Shown here: one piece after another, positions 61,501-64,000 of the stretch
How positions within the stretch are numbered: the stretch's first letter is position 1
Layout: every line of letters starts with the position of its first letter
From: Hormiphora californensis
Lineage: Eukaryota > Animalia > Ctenophora
Length of the DNA: 64,000 nt
Direction: 5' to 3'
NCBI GenBank assembly: GCA_020137815.1
Contig: CM035350.1
Coordinates: 8,370,001 to 8,434,000 of the forward strand
Position numbers and translations under genes: made by a program
Notes under the pieces: generated by a model
Databases searched by the model: none
Told to the model about the DNA's origin: nothing
The model's input: only the letters and a program-made list of their open reading frames with translations

Positions 61501-64000
61501 GGAGAAAAAAGAGAGAGAGGAGAGAGAGAAAGAGAGGAGGGAAGAGAAAAAAAGGGGATAGAGAAAAAAGGGGAAAGGGGAAAAAAAACAGAGAAAGATA
61601 GCCCAAAAGAAAAAGATAAATAGACCGGCCCCCCCCCCCCCCGGGGGGGCTCCCCGGGGGCCCCGGGGCCCAAAGCTTTTGGGGGCCGGGGGGGGGGGGC
61701 CCAAAACCCCCCTTTTTCCCCCCCCCTTTTTTTGGGGGGGGTTTTTTTTGGGGGGTTTTTTTTTTTTTTTTGGGGGGGAGGGGGGGGGGCCCCCCCCCCC
61801 CCCCCCCCCCCCTTTTTTGGGGGGGTTTTTTTTGGGTTTTTCCCCCCCCCCCCCCCCCCGGAATTTTGGGGGGGTTCCCTGACTCTCTATCCTCTCCCTC
61901 TCCTCTTTTCTTTTCGGGGGGGCCCAAATAAAAAAGCCATCGGCCAAATTTAGGGTATCGTTAGCCTTTTATGGGCGGGCCCGGGGGACCCCCCCCTTTC
62001 TTCCCCCCCTTCCCAGTAAACTATGAAGTGTCTCTCCATCTCGTTCGAGAGAGATAAAAGGGCGACTTGGGGCGGCCCGAACAGAGAGGGTAAGAAGACG
62101 AGGGGGAGAAAAAGGGGACGGGGAAACAGGGGGGGGGAGGAAAAAAGAGAGGAAGAAAAAGGGGGAAAAGGAAAAAGGAGAGGGGAAAAAGGGGGGAAGG
62201 GGGGGGGGGGGGGGTTTTCCCCCCCTCGAAAAAATAAATTTGAAAAGATCAAAATCGAATCGAAAGAAGTGAAAAACGGGACGAAAAGGAGGGTGACAGT
62301 AAGACACTAGGCAGGGACAACATTGACAATGGTCAATCATCGGTCAATTAAAAGACGGACTAAAGGCTGATTGACAAAGATTGTACATTCGCGGACCCTG
62401 ATTTACCGGAACCCCGATTTACCGGGAGCAAAAATTTCACACGATATAGGAAATTAACGGTATTTGACCCCGATATACCGGGCAAGCCCCTTTCCCCGGT
62501 AAATCGGGGTCCGACTGTACATATTTTGTTAAGTTAAGTTGTTTCCAATAAATTAGTTTAAATTCTGATCCACTTTGTTCTAATTATTTTAATTATTTTT
62601 TCCAAAATTATTTGATCAACTTCAGATCGGGACCTCGGTCTTGGTGTGTCAGGGGTTCGTGTGTAAAGATGCTATTTTTGTCACTCATAACGTCGTAAAA
62701 GGCAGTAAGTCAGTTTTGGGGTAGAACGAAGTAAGTCAAGCCCTCTAAAAAAATTTCGTGTGACTTACTGCCTTTTACGCGTCTGTGTGAAATTTTGCTG
62801 ACTTACTGCGTTTTACGAAACAACTAGCAAAAAAGCTTGTTATGCTTGCAGTAGATCCTTCAGTTTTCAAGATCTGAGTATGAGACTCAGCTTATCTGAA
62901 AGAGCTTCAAATTCTGAAGAAGAAGGTACCAATATCTCAATTTTCGTAAAAATTGACTTAGTGCCTTTTACGTTAAAACGGCAGTATTATAGGGGATGTG
63001 GCTTATGTGTGTGCCTTATTAATATTATAGCTAGTGATATTGATCAGAAGCGAGGCTCAGGATCTCGTATTTTTAATCGTGTCTCAGTCCTTAGCTCAAA
63101 AAAACTGGATAAGACTTATTTGGTAGGTAAAATTAATATTTTCAGGGTAGCAGAGGTACTTCTGGTGGGAATAACTCTTAGCAGTCTGTGTTTTATCCTT
63201 TCTAACACTGTTGGAACCTGTACACATTGGAGTCTCACTGGGTAATTTGTGTGTCTTTCTCTGCAGTCAAATCTTTTTTTCGAAGTTGTTTCAGTTTGTT
63301 TCGAATTGTATTGTCTCTCTGCATGATCTATAATAATCTGTCACTTCCCCCTTCCTTCACCGTATCATTATCATTCCCAGGTTAGACCCAGTTATCTCTG
63401 AGAGTATGCTGAAACATGGGAACTGTAGTGGAGGACTTTACAATGACTACATGACGTTGGCATTTACCTCCCAGGAAGATTCTATCAAGCTGCTCTTCCA
63501 CCATTTTAACCACTCAGGTAGGATTCTATCAAGCTGCTCTTCCACCATTTCAACCACTCAGGTAGGATTCTATCAAGCTGCTCTTCCACCATTTTAACCA
63601 CTCAGGTAGGATTCTATCAAGCTGCTCTTCCACCATTTCAACCACTCAGGTAGGATTCTATCAAGCTGCTCTTCCACCATTTCAACCACTCAGGTAGGAT
63701 TCTATCAAGTTGCTCTTCCACCATTTCAACCACTCAGGTAGGATTCTATCAAGCTGCTCTTCCACCATTTCAACCACTCAGGTAGGATTCTATCAAGCTG
63801 CTCTTCCACCATTTCAACCACTCAGGTAGGATTCTATCAAGCTGCTCTTCCACCATTTCAACCACTCAGGTAGGATTCTATCAAGCTGCTCTTCCACCAT
63901 TTCAACCACTCAGGTAGGATTCTATCAAGCTGCTCTTCCACCATTTCAACCACTCAGGTAGGATTCTATCAAGCTGCTCTTCCACCATTTCAACCACTCA
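58508..64000 (+). CDS. CLCN6: CLC-6-like endolysosomal Cl-/H+ exchanger, multi-exon, continues beyond window
   Basis: Exons give [64 protein letters not shown] and '[27 protein letters not shown]...[10 protein letters not shown]'. The last reads closer to CLC-6 than CLC-7. Confidence 0.88.
60764..62984. mobile_element. Sola-like non-autonomous palindromic DNA transposon in a CLCN6 intron, with nested MITE (62386-62517)
   Basis: 31-bp TIR CTGCCGTTTTAACGTAAAAGGCACTAAGTCA, 4-bp TSD TATT and long mirrored arms. The left arm shows the empty TA site for the MITE in the right arm. Confidence 0.8.
63478..64000. repeat. 44-bp tandem repeat consisting of a CLCN6 exon end plus donor site
   Basis: (GATTCTATCAAGCTGCTCTTCCACCATTTCAACCACTCAGGTAG)n, at least 11 copies, truncated by the window edge. 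Confidence 0.95.

Noticed and set aside
61277-62340. Gly/Pro/Phe-rich ORFs and long homopolymer runs
   Set aside because: The pattern of runs of G, C, T and A looks like low-quality consensus in the centre of a long palindrome, so it is not credible as coding.

Overview
This is eukaryotic, intron-rich, repeat-rich animal genomic DNA. Abundant (GA)n microsatellites, small exons and genes nested in introns suggest a ctenophore-like invertebrate, but that is inference only. Host genes reconstructed from exons are NCAPD2 (runs off the left edge; intronic tRNA-Ser(CGA)), a compact TPX2-like gene, UBE2V/Uev1, phosphomannomutase, and two tandem near-identical RPL37A copies. Also present are a huckebein-like C2H2 zinc-finger gene that the ORF track misses, the first coding exon of an MGST1-like gene, an 8-exon RING E3 gene and CLCN6 (runs off the right edge). 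The RING gene's introns hold a CREC EF-hand gene, two orphan ORFs and an inverted pair of tRNA-Leu(CAG) genes with a non-canonical U73 discriminator. Mobile DNA is dense. It includes a 3.4-kb foldback element built from AAAGCGCTTT units with an 8-bp TSD, and two CRE-like RLE retrotransposons sharing a 3' motif. One of those is split by a CR1-type LINE that is itself split by a hAT-like element, and the whole is bracketed by inverted TTAGGG-bearing mini-elements. An ORF1-only LINE-like element, L2 fragments and many MITEs complete the picture. The most notable observations are the hidden hkb-like factor with an apparently degenerate first finger, the U73 tRNA-Leu pair, multi-gene nesting, a possible trans-spliced co-oriented gene cluster, and repeated amplification of exon-end/5' splice sites into minisatellites.
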